The notes: a model not told the origin generated them from the letters alone. Positions 25,796-37,368 are shown, numbered from the whole stretch's first letter. The stretch is 63,939 nucleotides of DNA, filler included, from Globobulimina sp. (GCA_003354225.1; 48 parts of 48 records of this genome joined end to end with filler, not necessarily neighbours in it), one strand, 5' to 3'. A program made the numbers and translations.

Positions 25796-26596
25796 TTAAT
25801 CGTGAACAGGATCTTCATCTCCTTCCATCACAGCACGCTGATCGCCATCAAACCACACACTGACATCCATTCTCTCAAAACTATCATTACGTGTTCCATG
25901 ATAAGTTTTTCCTATCCATTCCATCCATTGTTCTTTTACACCGGAAACATTTAAAGGGTTTTCCATCCAATCTTCATATTGCAAACCGTTAATACATTGA
26001 TCTGACTCTTTTGGTAATATCCCTTCCCCCATCACAAACACTGTCGAATCTGTCAAAGCCCCACCACTCATTCCAGCCGTCTCACCATTCATTCTCGCCA
26101 TTTCTCTCCGCGTCCTCTGCCTCGACACATCCATCGCAAACAACTCTTCTTTCACAACCTCCGCATTTGCATTATAATAAGTCAGCACAGCGCCCAATTC
26201 ACGGCCTCCTCCGTGATCAGTCAGCACCAATTCAGCAAATCCGCCATCTTTGCAGTTTCTCCATCCACTCGTACTGCCATGAAACACATTCGAATAACCT
26301 TGCTCTACAAACAAATCATAATAAATAATCAAATTAATATTATCCAGCCACATTTTCAATGCATTATCATTGCTGAATGGTTCCAGTGAGCCAGCATCGC
26401 TATGTGGTGATGCATTCATTGCGGTGTTATCATCTCTGTCCGTTACATCCGATGTATTCATCTCTATAGGTTCCACATTCATGGATATGGACGTAACTCG
26501 AGTTAATTGCACAGTGTTTTTATTAATATCGGCTTTGTGTTTTGCACCATAAAAAAAATAGCGCATACAAAAGATTATGGAGCAAAATACAACAAA
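25796..26596 (-). CDS. Probably chimeric ORF: TM + start of a SAM domain fused to an unrelated C-terminus
   Basis: LKMWLDNINLIIYYDLFVEQGY resembles the SAM at ~15200 but breaks off near 26290, where base composition changes. Confidence 0.45.
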   Translation of the reverse strand, partial: FVVFCSIIFCMRYFFYGAKHKADINKNTVQLTRVTSISMNVEPIEMNTSDVTDRDDNTAMNASPHSDAGSLEPFSNDNALKMWLDNINLIIYYDLFVEQGYSNVFHGSTSGWRNCKDGGFAELVLTDHGGGRELGAVLTYYNANAEVVKEELFAMDVSRQRTRREMARMNGETAGMSGGALTDSTVFVMGEGILPKESDQCINGLQYEDWMENPLNVSGVKEQWMEWIGKTYHGTRNDSFERMDVSVWFDGDQRAVMEGDEDPVHD

Positions 26597-26696
26597 NNNN
26601 NNNNNNNNNNNNNNNNNNNNNNNNNNNNNNNNNNNNNNNNTTAATTAATTAANNNNNNNNNNNNNNNNNNNNNNNNNNNNNNNNNNNNNNNNNNNN

Positions 26697-27764
26697 AGCA
26701 CCATGTCGGCATTCAGCATTAGTAAAGGCAGTAGGCCCTGTACTTCTGGATCATATTTGCGCGGCGTCCATTGGAAGCCATCATTTCCCGGAGCCTCCAC
26801 TTGTTTCCATTTCTGAGATGTCAATTCAACATAAAATTCATTGTCTAATTTATCTTTATGCGCACCATCGACCCACGGCCCTTCAAAACCGGACGCATCT
26901 TCGTGTGCCATTCCTGCGTAAATTTATGTGGTTTGTTGTTATATAATATGTATTTATTCAACGTACAACAACGAAGCACAGACAAACCTAAAGAGTGTGC
27001 GCCTAAAAGGCCAACAATATCAAATTCATTGAATCCAAATCGTGGCGTAAACCAATCGACCAAATCTTGCATGCAACCGAGAGCCGGCGGGAAAGGGAAA
27101 AGGTTATTGGTTGTTGGTGATGAAAAACAATCTGTTCTGCCGCAAAAATAACCAATTTCTTCGATTGTGCCTTGGATATCGGATAATTCTGAGCCATATT
27201 CGACTGCAATGGTCGCTGATATCATATAAAAATCAGCTCGGCTCATTTTGTTGTACCAATTATAAGGGGACGACTCATACATTGCGTCCAATGCGTTACG
27301 CGCATAACTTATAATTTGTATACAAACATACAAATATACGTATATATAAAAGGTAACATAAAATAAAATAAATCAGCATACGCTAAACCAGCATGGTCTG
27401 GGTTTTCTAAATTGATACAACCGTCGCATACAGTTGGGATTTCAAAACTTGTTGGAGGTGTTTCACTTTCTCCATTCACCGTAACACCGCCGCCACAGTC
27501 ATGGAAGGCGAGGCGAACCGTTGTGGCTAATAAAGGTTTGACTGGTTCTGGGTCATCGAGATCAGAAATTGTTGTATCAAATGCATCTCGTAATTCATCG
27601 CGCAAATCACTAATATCGTCTTCTGTTAAAAAAAAATCTGCACCACAATCACATGATTCTTGTGCCGGCGACATTTGGTCTGCACAAAATAAGTGATCGC
27701 ATTCATCGACAGCAGAAAATACGACAGAAAGTGACAGCAACAATGTACAAAAATAGAGAGCCAT
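26697..27764 (-). CDS. Secreted non-animal heme peroxidase (APX/CcP-like superfamily), 3 exons, 3' truncated
   Basis: Signal peptide; RLAFHDC distal site, CDGCIN, SRADF, GRTDC, LLGAHSLG proximal His, LMLNADM; introns 27308-27381 and 26914-26987 keep frame. Confidence 0.92.
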
Positions 27765-28030
27765 GACTGTTTAGGGAAAACAAAGAGTTTTTTGTGGTGA
27801 TAGTTAGACCACCACTGCATGACTGCGTTTCAGTCGACGTCAAGTCGTCAACACTAGAATTATGCCGTATTTCATTATCATGCAATTTCTTATTTGAGTA
27901 GCTGATAGGGATACAGTATTTGTCGACACTNNNNNNNNNNNNNNNNNNNNNNNNNNNNNNNNNNNNNNNNNNNNTTAATTAATTAANNNNNNNNNNNNNN
28001 NNNNNNNNNNNNNNNNNNNNNNNNNNNNNN

Positions 28031-29240
28031 AATAAAAATAATATGTACTATAAACAAAATATAACAATCCTTTTTTAGAGTGTTTACTTGCGTATTTTGA
28101 TAAATATGGAGTTGAATAATTTAACCATTTTAAAAACATCCGTTGCAATGCTGCTTTATTCATTGAATAATTATAATCAAATATATCAATATAATATAAA
28201 ATATATGAAAAACATGCAATATAATCAATAATAACATGTATAATAAATATTATTGGAATATAGACCACACCAAAAAGTATAAAAAGTAATATTTTCTCAC
28301 AATAACTTGCAGCGTTATTCAATGCGCTTTGGTCACTGTCGTCTCCATAACGATATATATTAAAATCTTTAATCTCATCATATTTGCGCCGTGGTAAAGG
28401 TATTAAACATCTTGGATATAATACGATATTTGGTAATGAATGGATTGTACGAACATATCTATGCGTAACAGATTGATTATGATTTGTTATTTCTTGAACA
28501 GATGCTTTCAATGGAAAATAAATATTTTCTTTACAAAATTTAAAAGATTTTGGTATTGATATGAATATAATTCGAAATAATGTTGCAAGCAATAATATAC
28601 TTATTAATATAAGTTCTGTTATGTTGCTGTTGCTGTTTTTAATATTCTTTAAAATACGATACGTCCATAATATATTTACAACAAATATTAAATAATCAAA
28701 GTTAAAACATACCCAATGGAATAATATGCAACCAATATTAAAAGATCTTATGTTAAATAATATTAATAATTTCCAGCCAATCACAAATATTCCAATAATA
28801 AAAGCAAAAAAACTTTTATGTGTATAACCATTATTTACAATGAATATCCACTCGATAATTATAAATGGAATATTAAATACAATGCATTCGATTTTATATA
28901 ATGTATGATTTGCAAAGAGTTCATCTATGGATCGTAATAATGTATCATTGTTATTTTGGTTATTTTTATGATGTTTTTGATGGTTTGATTTACATTTAAA
29001 ACATTCAAATATATCTGATATTACACCACTTTCATAATCTAAATAGCTTAATAATGAAAAAAATGGAATTGCAAAACAGAAATAAACCAACCATAGAAGT
29101 CGAGCATCACATCCACAACAAAAATATGCTAAATCACATTCCCCTTCATAACCTTTATCAATTCTTCGCTGCAAATGTCGCATTCTAAAACACCAAAATA
29201 AAGTAAATTTAGAAACGATAAAAATCGCAATTGCCATCAT
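28031..29240 (-). CDS. Hypothetical multi-pass membrane protein
   Basis: About 400 open codons with many hydrophobic segments. Confidence 0.6.
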
Positions 29241-29364
29241 AAATAAATTCGTTTCATTGTTTTTNNNNNNNNNNNNNNNNNNNNNNNNNNNNNNNNNNNN
29301 NNNNNNNNTTAATTAATTAANNNNNNNNNNNNNNNNNNNNNNNNNNNNNNNNNNNNNNNNNNNN

Positions 29365-29985
29365 TCGATGCCGATGCTGATGGCAATAAATCATCCAATT
29401 TGAAAGTTTTTGGCTGTGGTAAGCGAATATTATCAAGTTGTCTGCCAAATGCTTCTATAAAAATCACGGATTTTATTATAAATTTATTTGAATGTTCCAA
29501 TACTGGGACCAAATATGGTAAGAATACTGCAGATGAGGAATGAGCGAATATGTGGAAGGCAGTTAAATGCAACTTGTTAAATATTCGCAGCATTGTCGTT
29601 AAATACATTGTCATGTCGTAATAGCCTAACAATGAATGACTGGATTTGCCGTGGCCTGTAATTGAATGTAGTCTGCGTATATATGTTTGAGAATTAATGT
29701 AAATGCTATACCTGGCAAATCAATTGAAACAACCCTCATATTGTTGTATTTTAAGCATAGCAATGGAGCTAAAGTTGCAAAAGAGTTTGCATTATCTAAC
29801 CATCCATGGAAACACATAATAGTTTCATCAAAATAATTTGTCATTGATAAAGGATCGATTGCAATGTTTGCTAATTCATATCCTATGCTGTGTGTAGAAG
29901 GTATCCATAGAACATAACCAATATTAAATCCGTTTACACGGATCATCCCTTCAAAGCGATGTACTTTTGAATTACCAGAAGCCAT
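29365..29985 (-). CDS. Serine hydrolase-like (SERHL/kraken-type) alpha/beta hydrolase, 3' truncated
   Basis: HGWLDNANSF, IDLPG|HGKSSH joined across intron 29656-29711; AHSSSA at the nucleophile elbow. Confidence 0.85.
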
Positions 29986-30174
29986 TCTCTTTGAGTCTGT
30001 GTAAAAAACGTTAATGTCAATTTCCGAAACTACGAAAATCAAACCAAACAACAACAATCAACATAATCAAAATTCAAAATGAAACTCAAACATAGCTATT
30101 TTTTCGAAAACATGCAAAAGAACCGAAAACGTTTTTGAACAACAGAAATTTTCAGTACTTATCGGAGAGCCCTA

Positions 30175-30598
30175 ATGGGAAACAAACAAACAAACAAGAA
30201 AGTAGATTTTACCATATTTAAAACAAACACAATACGCTGTGACACTCAACAGAATAAAGAAGAAGACAAAATAATAAAAAATTGTGATCATTTATTACGG
30301 ATAGCATATTGCTTACGATATTATCAATTATTATGTTCCAAAAAGAATAATGCCAATTCAGAATCAATATTTATTGAGTTTTGTAGCAATGCATATTTAA
30401 TGTGTTTGTCAGATTATATCCATTTAATGACAAAACATTGCGAGACTGAAACATTAAATAAAATTAGTACTGATTTAGAAAAATATGATAATATTGAAAT
30501 ATGTGCAAATATGAATGACTGTAAATGGACAAAAAGACATTACAGAAATAGAGATATCGAGGATGCAGATGAGAATAATGCAAATAATCATTTTTTTA
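30175..30598 (+). CDS. Hypothetical protein with an MG start (possible N-myristoylation), 3' truncated
   Basis: MGNKQTNK start, Cys/His motif DYIHL...C...C....RHYR; divergent from the hydrolase across about 190 bp. Confidence 0.6.
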
Positions 30599-30763
30599 NN
30601 NNNNNNNNNNNNNNNNNNNNNNNNNNNNNNNNNNNNNNNNNNTTAATTAATTAANNNNNNNNNNNNNNNNNNNNNNNNNNNNNNNNNNNNNNNNNNNNTG
30701 CATTATATCCATATTCTGGCAAGTCGATATCAAATAATTCTAATAATCCTATGTTTCAATTAT

Positions 30764-30922
30764 TCTCAATACTTTAGAATAGGACCTGTTTGAAACACAT
30801 TGTTTTTAAAATCCGCAAATTCGCAAGTCGTTTTGTTAGGAGATGGTGATGACCTCTCCATAGGTTTTAAATTTTTTCTAAAACGCAGTGTTTCAAACAG
30901 GTCCTATTCTAAAGGATTGAGA
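30764..30922. mobile_element. MITE-like element, copy 1
   Basis: TIR TCTCAATACTTTAGAATAGGACCTGTTTGAAACAC...GTGTTTCAAACAGGTCCTATTCTAAAGGATTGAGA; related copy at 31322-31470. Confidence 0.6.
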
Positions 30923-31321
30923 ATAATTGAAACATAGGATTATTAGAATTATTTGATATCGACTTGCCAGAATATGGATATAATGCATATTGGAATGATA
31001 CTGGGATATTTATTTGATTTGGGATTCATTTCACAAGAAACTACCACTGGCTTTAATGACCCATTATGTTTATTTGAAAAGACATAAAATATGCTTTTGT
31101 GTTAAAAGGTGAACAAATCAAAACGCAGCAAACTGATTCTAAATACAAATACTATACAATTTAATCCATCCCAAATGTGAACATGATTACATTGATAGCA
31201 AATCACGTTAAAGAATCGTTGTATTGTTCCGATGCATCATGGTATTGCAACCAAGCGAACATACAAATAATAGAATTAAATGAAATAAATATTATTGAAA
31301 GTGATAATTAATTATGCATTT

Positions 31322-31470
31322 TCTGAATACTTTAGAATACCACATATTTGAAACACATTGTTTTAAAATTACAGAAACACTGCCTGTTTATAGCCTATGG
31401 ACGCACGAATTTAAATCAAAAATTTCCAAAAGACGATATTCTAAACACGTCCTATTCTAAAGTATTCGGA
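31322..31470. mobile_element. MITE-like element, copy 2 (diverged)
   Basis: TCTGAATACTTTAGAATA...TATTCTAAAGTATTCGGA termini; shares TTTGAAACACATTGTTTT with copy 1. Confidence 0.6.
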
Positions 31471-32455
31471 TCGTGATAAAACTTTTGATTATAATTATCG
31501 TGTTTTGTTTGTCTGTTTGTACAAAGTAGCAAACGTTATGATTTTTTTGTTTTGTATTTTACATGGTTTATAGTTTGTGGAATTGAATTGATGCAGAATT
31601 GGTGATCAATTTAGGAATGTAATTGAAGAATGAGAAGAGATGAAATTATTAAAAGGTATATCTGTTGTCACAGGTTTCGATTATTGACGCAGTTTATATA
31701 TCAAATACAACCTATATTTTATGACATATGTTTGCCATAATCTTATGTTTCGCCATACACGTTGCACATGGAATCTGTGACGATAATATTATAATTTTTG
31801 TAAAACGTAAGTAATCTGCAACTTAAGTTCATGTAACAGAAAAAAGTGTGCTACAGTGGGTCATCTTATATTGTCCAACAGACAATATCAGATGAAATAT
31901 TTTTCATCATAGATTTATTGGACAATATAAGANNNNNNNNNNNNNNNNNNNNNNNNNNNNNNNNNNNNNNNNNNNNTTAATTAATTAANNNNNNNNNNNN
32001 NNNNNNNNNNNNNNNNNNNNNNNNNNNNNNNNACTGATGACCCTTCGGGGGTTATACCTAATATGTTGCACTGACTAGCGCGGAAATTAACCGAGTGTAT
32101 GATACCTACTAATGGGAGCCATTAGATGTGAGCCACGTTAAGGGTAGATACAAGCAGGATCTGAATAGAGAGAGATGGCTAAGCCTTTAAATTAACTAGT
32201 GGACGCGCTATTTAGTTAGATTACAGCATTAGACTCCTTGACAAAAGTGTAGTCCACCCATCGTAGTCATTTGTAAATTGTCATCTTATCACTTTTTATG
32301 CCAACATCATTCAGCAATTCGGAATTTATTGGTTTTCATATTACATCTACTTAGGATGCTATAATCATTACTGTACTTACCCATTACGGCAAAATCTCCA
32401 TTTACAGTGGTTTAAATAACATGATATCCATTTCATTCCATTCCATTTCACCTAC

Positions 32456-32715
32456 TAGAAGTTTGCAAGAAGCTTTTCAGCATTTAAAACTCTTGCCACT
32501 GTCTTATATTCCAAGTGGCAATAGCGATAAATGCTAAGAATGCCACCGCTTTCGTTCGGCAGGACGTTTGAGGAGAATTTTCTACATTCCATAGAAGTTT
32601 GCAAGAAGCTTTTACAGACTCTAACCGATTTACCACTTTCTTATATATTCCAAGCGGTATAAACGGATAGAATCTTCAAAAGCGACCCGACATTCGGAGG
32701 GCTCGGACGTTTGAG
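32456..32715. repeat. Two tandem units (136-bp period) of a hairpin-forming element
   Basis: Shared TAGAAGTTTGCAAGAAGCTTTT, loop TCTTATA(TA)TTCCA and GGACGTTTGAG; the stems differ in sequence but pair. Confidence 0.75.
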
Positions 32716-32887
32716 CAGAGAGATCAGAGAGACACTGATGATGACACACAAACGTGAGAAATGGGAAAATACGGACAATGGACAACGAAAACTGTTATAT
32801 CTGGCCTTCACTTCTCTCTCGGTCACAGCTGATGATGACACTGGCCGCCGATTGTCGCGGCTCAACGTCAAAAATCTGTCAAAATCT

Positions 32888-33024
32888 GTGCCGCCACTCC
32901 TAAAAAACAGAGATGGAGGGCCGAGGTGTAATAACCATAAATCAAAAAAATTTTCATCGCACTCCTACCTACTACTATTATTGTTAGAAAACTTAAAAAA
33001 GTGCCGCCACTCCTAAAAAACAGA
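32888..33024. repeat. Perfect 24-bp direct repeat GTGCCGCCACTCCTAAAAAACAGA
   Basis: Copies at 32888-32911 and 33001-33024. Confidence 0.9.
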
Positions 33025-33469
33025 ACTGAACGGGAGGATTAAAAAGGATTTTCTGCTGCTTTACTCGAAGTGTTGGCCAACAATCTAAAACAAGCAAACA
33101 ATAAAGTCCAATTGAGTAACCGTACTGTACGATAAACAGTACAGTTCACGTACAGTGCACGTACGCATAAGTGCCGTCACAGTACGCGTGACGCACAGTG
33201 CATGCGTCAGTGACAGTTGTCACCAAAATGCCAGGTCAATCCAGGGTGGTATTGGTACACAGGTTCNNNNNNNNNNNNNNNNNNNNNNNNNNNNNNNNNN
33301 NNNNNNNNNNTTAATTAATTAANNNNNNNNNNNNNNNNNNNNNNNNNNNNNNNNNNNNNNNNNNNNGCTATTAAAAAATAAAACATAAATAAAAAGAAAA
33401 AAAGATATAAAAAAACAAACAAAAAAAAGCGATGGATTAATTATTGACAATTAATTTGCTTAATATTAG

Positions 33470-34513
33470 CTATGAACATTGTTGCTGATGTTTCTTAAAT
33501 CGCCATTTTTGAATATATCCTTTATTACAAAATTTGCAATGAAATCTACGTTGTCCCTTATGAACCATTGCATGTTTTTGACAGTTTGCTTTCGATACAA
33601 ATGATTTGTTACAAATCTTACATTTAAATGCTTTTTCTTTGAAACATTTGTGATTATTTAATTTGCCCAATGACTGATAAATATTCCTACATTGCACACA
33701 ATAATACCTCTCATGTTTGTTTCTAATGTGTTGATATAAGATATTTTTATTGCTTTTAAACTGTTTATGGCAAATATTGCATTTATTTTTATGAATGCCG
33801 TGGATTATTTGATGCTGTTTCAACAATGATTTGTTTTCAAATAACTCAAAGCATTGATTGTAATTACAAACGTATGGAAATATATTGTGTGAACACTGCA
33901 AATCATTAAAATCGAGCTGTTTGCTTCGAAATTTTGAGTCTAAATTGTTGATTGATTCTGAGTATAAAACAAAATTAGAATCCACACATTCTAAATCATC
34001 CAACAGTCGCAACCTATTTTTATCTCGTTTTATTTTCTTAAATTTTCCAATTTTATCATTGTTTTTATGTTTTTGTCGGTTATTAACAGTCACTGTGGAA
34101 TTATTGCAAGTGTTTGCATTTTGGGAATGGTTTGAATTGATTGCAATGAATGAATGCATGTTTAATAATTGCTGAGCAGCGACAATGTCGTCCTGCGAAT
34201 ACACAGTCTCGTTTGATTGTGTTGTGTCTGTGTCTGATTGATGAGGCATTAAAATATTGCGTTTGCCATTCTTCTTATCATTGCTTTCGTGCTTGTTTGA
34301 GCTAATGAATTGGGGGAATATCTCGGGAGCTATGCGCATAAATTTAATGGCTGTTATGTCATTTGAACAGTCAAACACTGATTCACACAAATTTAATGTT
34401 CCTAAATCGAACTCTGACAGCCAAGGAAACGACATGTGCACTTTACAAAGTTTTTTTTTAAAAAAAGAAACATCAAAATTAACAGTGTGAAAAAACTCAA
34501 AAAAATGTATCAT
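33470..34513 (-). CDS. C2H2 zinc-finger protein
   Basis: About five CxxC...HxxxH fingers at the C-terminus. Confidence 0.9.
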   Translation of the reverse strand: MIHFFEFFHTVNFDVSFFKKKLCKVHMSFPWLSEFDLGTLNLCESVFDCSNDITAIKFMRIAPEIFPQFISSNKHESNDKKNGKRNILMPHQSDTDTTQSNETVYSQDDIVAAQQLLNMHSFIAINSNHSQNANTCNNSTVTVNNRQKHKNNDKIGKFKKIKRDKNRLRLLDDLECVDSNFVLYSESINNLDSKFRSKQLDFNDLQCSHNIFPYVCNYNQCFELFENKSLLKQHQIIHGIHKNKCNICHKQFKSNKNILYQHIRNKHERYYCVQCRNIYQSLGKLNNHKCFKEKAFKCKICNKSFVSKANCQKHAMVHKGQRRFHCKFCNKGYIQKWRFKKHQQQCS

Positions 34514-34700
34514 GTCAACATCAGCAAACCATCAATTGTATCAATTGTATAAACCATCATCATTGGATAAATATTACATGGCGCTTTCACGTGAGTATAG
34601 NNNNNNNNNNNNNNNNNNNNNNNNNNNNNNNNNNNNNNNNNNNNTTAATTAATTAANNNNNNNNNNNNNNNNNNNNNNNNNNNNNNNNNNNNNNNNNNNN

Positions 34701-35086
34701 ACACAATTTTAATGAATTTATTTGGTCACAGAGGAGATATAAATAATGTTTATAAATTATGGAATGAAATAAAAGAGAAAAGGAAAGAGAATGATATGGA
34801 TTTGTATTTAATCTGTTGTGTTGTTGATGCATTTGCAAGAAATGGAGATCTGGAGATGGCATATAAAATAATCTGTCAATATGAAGATGAAAATGGTATT
34901 GTATGTGATCCAAATAATGGATTATGGATGTCATTATTGAATGGATGTAAACAATATCAAAATAAAAACTTAGCAACTATTGTTTTTGGTGAAATGAAGA
35001 AGAGATTTGCTAATCAGAAAAAATCGCCTTATTATATGCAATCTGCGCAAATATTGTTTCAATCAATACAAAGCAATGCACAATGA
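34701..35086 (+). CDS. Pentatricopeptide-repeat protein C-terminus (PLS/E-motif-like)
   Basis: CCVVDAFARNGDLEMAYKII...PNNGLWMSLLNGCKQYQN. Confidence 0.78.
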
Positions 35087-35488
35087 TTGGAGTGGAGGTA
35101 ATGATTGATACAAATGCAGAATATAGAATTACAGCAACAATAATATGGAGCTCAAAGGAACAAAGGCGTAGACTCAAAGTCCGCAGTTTACCATTTAAAT
35201 ACGCTAAATTTAAATACTCTATCTACAAAAATTAAACACCAAATTTACATAAATTTTAAATGAGATTTCCTTGCTTCCAATTTGGTATATTCTCTCAACG
35301 AATAGCCAGTATACAATTGTCGTGGACGACCGATTCTTTGTTTCGGATCTTGTATCATCTCCTTCCAATGCGAAACCCATCCGATTGTTCTTGCCACAGC
35401 AAACAACACAGTATACATTTAACTTTTTTGGCTTAGTTTCGTTTCGTTTCATTTCATTTTTATCGTTGATTTTTATATAAAAAAAACA

Positions 35489-35934
35489 ATGAAAATCTTT
35501 TTAGTCTTTTCCATCAGTGTTCTGTTTTGTTGCCACAGTTCAACAGAGATTCCTAAATGTCCAGGATCAGATACTTCATCTGGTTGGCGTTGTGATTATA
35601 TCTCAGATGTATCACATCGGAATGGCGAGTTTGATTTTTGTGATTTTGATACAATACCTTTTGATTACCCGACTCGCGACTTTAATGATAAATATTTGTT
35701 GAAGAAACCTGTATTAATTGACGCTAAATGGTCAGATTGGCTCCAGCATGACATATCATTCTATTCCAAATCTGCTTTATTGAAAGAATGGGGCTCATAC
35801 TCATTCGATTCAGGACGTTCCCTGGAAATTGTACTAAACGCCGGTGTTGGAAAAGTAAAAACGGCATTGCAGGATTATTATGATCTGGAATTCTCAAACA
35901 AATCCAAAACAAATATGCATATTGAATCACTATA
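35489..35934 (+). CDS. Secreted JmjC/cupin-like protein (JMJD8-like) N-terminus
   Basis: Signal peptide; CDFD.I...FNDKYLLKKPVLI...LLKEWG. Confidence 0.55.
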
Positions 35935-36034
35935 NNNNNNNNNNNNNNNNNNNNNNNNNNNNNNNNNNNNNNNNNNNNTTAATTAATTAANNNNNNNNNN
36001 NNNNNNNNNNNNNNNNNNNNNNNNNNNNNNNNNN

Positions 36035-36153
36035 GTGTTAGTTTTGAACTGCCGAATCTCCGAATTAACTCGGTGAATTTGGGCTCGCCGAATTAAGAAG
36101 TTTTTCGAATGCCCCGAACGACTCGGTGAATTCAGACTCAGTGTTCATCACTG
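36035..36153 (-). mobile_element. Possible hAT-like DNA transposon terminus
   Basis: Reads CAGTGATGAACAC from 36153 on the minus strand; subterminal repeats ACTCGGTGAATT x2 and several CCGAA. Confidence 0.4.
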
Positions 36154-36159
36154 ATTACA

Positions 36160-37154
36160 AGACAAAGATAAACTATTATCGAGAAACACATTCGAAACAG
36201 CTGCTGCTGATCCAGTTATAGTCAAAAATAAAAGGTTACCACCGTCTGGTTATACAATTGCAATCGTAACACACTCAGATGATGTAACCAAATGGAATAT
36301 GCATACTGTAACCAAATGGATTGGATCATTACAAGAAGAAATCGCGCATAATATTCAGACAAATACGTTGATCCGAATTATTCGGAAAAAGAGAATCACC
36401 GGCAAACAATTAGCAAAAGCCACAAATTTCCAACAATTATTATCATTATTCAACCATCAAATTACTAAGCGCACAGCAAAGATTTTACGACAATGTTTGA
36501 CTGCAGAAAAGAATGCATTTGCACAAAAGAAATGGTCCAAAAAACAAATTGAAAAAGGTCTCTGGCGGCCCAAAGTAGGTGAAAAAATTAAATGTGTCGA
36601 TGCCAATCCAAAATACGTTGCAAAATCATATGCTGCCACCATTGAACAGACCTGACCACGTACAATACGCATAAAATGCTGGTTATAGAAATGTTGAATG
36701 GGTTCAAAAAATAGAATGGGCCAACCGGATTACAATCATTTCCGCTAAAAATGATCGAAAAACAAAAGTAAAAAATATCCCACCCATACGATCGCGAGCA
36801 GCAGCACCATTTATGAGAAATCAATCATCGAGAAACACCTTTGAAGCATCATTAGGAATATTCAGTCCTCAAAATGATAATTGTAAGCCATCACAGCGAA
36901 CGCGTTACAGTGAGTTACATGGCAATTGGGCTAGTTTGAAATGCCAGGATCCAAATCATGGCAAATATTATTATTCTGTTTGTGACTTAAATTATTTGCC
37001 CGCTATTCGCAAACAAAAAACCGAATTCATTGTAGAAGAAAGATTTTTATGGAGTGAGCAAGAAATCATTGACAGTGACACCAATCAACAAATGAGTTAT
37101 GATCCATTAAATTATCAACAAACCATGACGCAAAGTCGCAAACCAACATTTTAA
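36160..37154 (+). pseudogene. Disrupted gene with a Tudor/chromo-barrel-like segment
   Basis: WRPKVGEKIKCVD...YAATIEQT*PRTIRIK, then a frameshift to AGYRNVEWVQKIEW, which is in frame with ORF 36813-37154. Confidence 0.5.
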
Positions 37155-37157
37155 TTT

Positions 37158-37255
37158 ATTTGGTTTATGTGGCAAGCGACGAAGTCGCTTTTATCGGTAT
37201 ATAGTATTTATTGGTTTATATGTCAAGCGACGAAGTCGCTTCATATCGTTTATAT
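37158..37255. repeat. Two 51-bp-period units, each with hairpin AAGCGAC-GAA-GTCGCTT
   Basis: Perfect 7-bp stems at 37174-37190 and 37225-37241. Confidence 0.85.
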
Positions 37256-37368
37256 ATTATATATAGAANNNNNNNNNNNNNNNNNNNNNNNNNNNNNNNN
37301 NNNNNNNNNNNNTTAATTAATTAANNNNNNNNNNNNNNNNNNNNNNNNNNNNNNNNNNNNNNNNNNNN

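Noticed and set aside
31864..31932. Hairpin TCTTATATTGTCCAA...TTGGACAATATAAGA as an ncRNA
   Set aside because: Ends exactly at the contig edge; cannot be told apart from a fold-back artefact or truncated element
32034..32055. CTGATGA followed by a CCC-TTCG-GGG stem as a hammerhead ribozyme
   Set aside because: The required GAAA after stem II is absent (GTTA) and the 5' context is cut off
32456..33024. Repeats as a CRISPR array or integron attC sites
   Set aside because: Only two copies of each, spacing too long for CRISPR, no cas/intI gene, no attC core boxes
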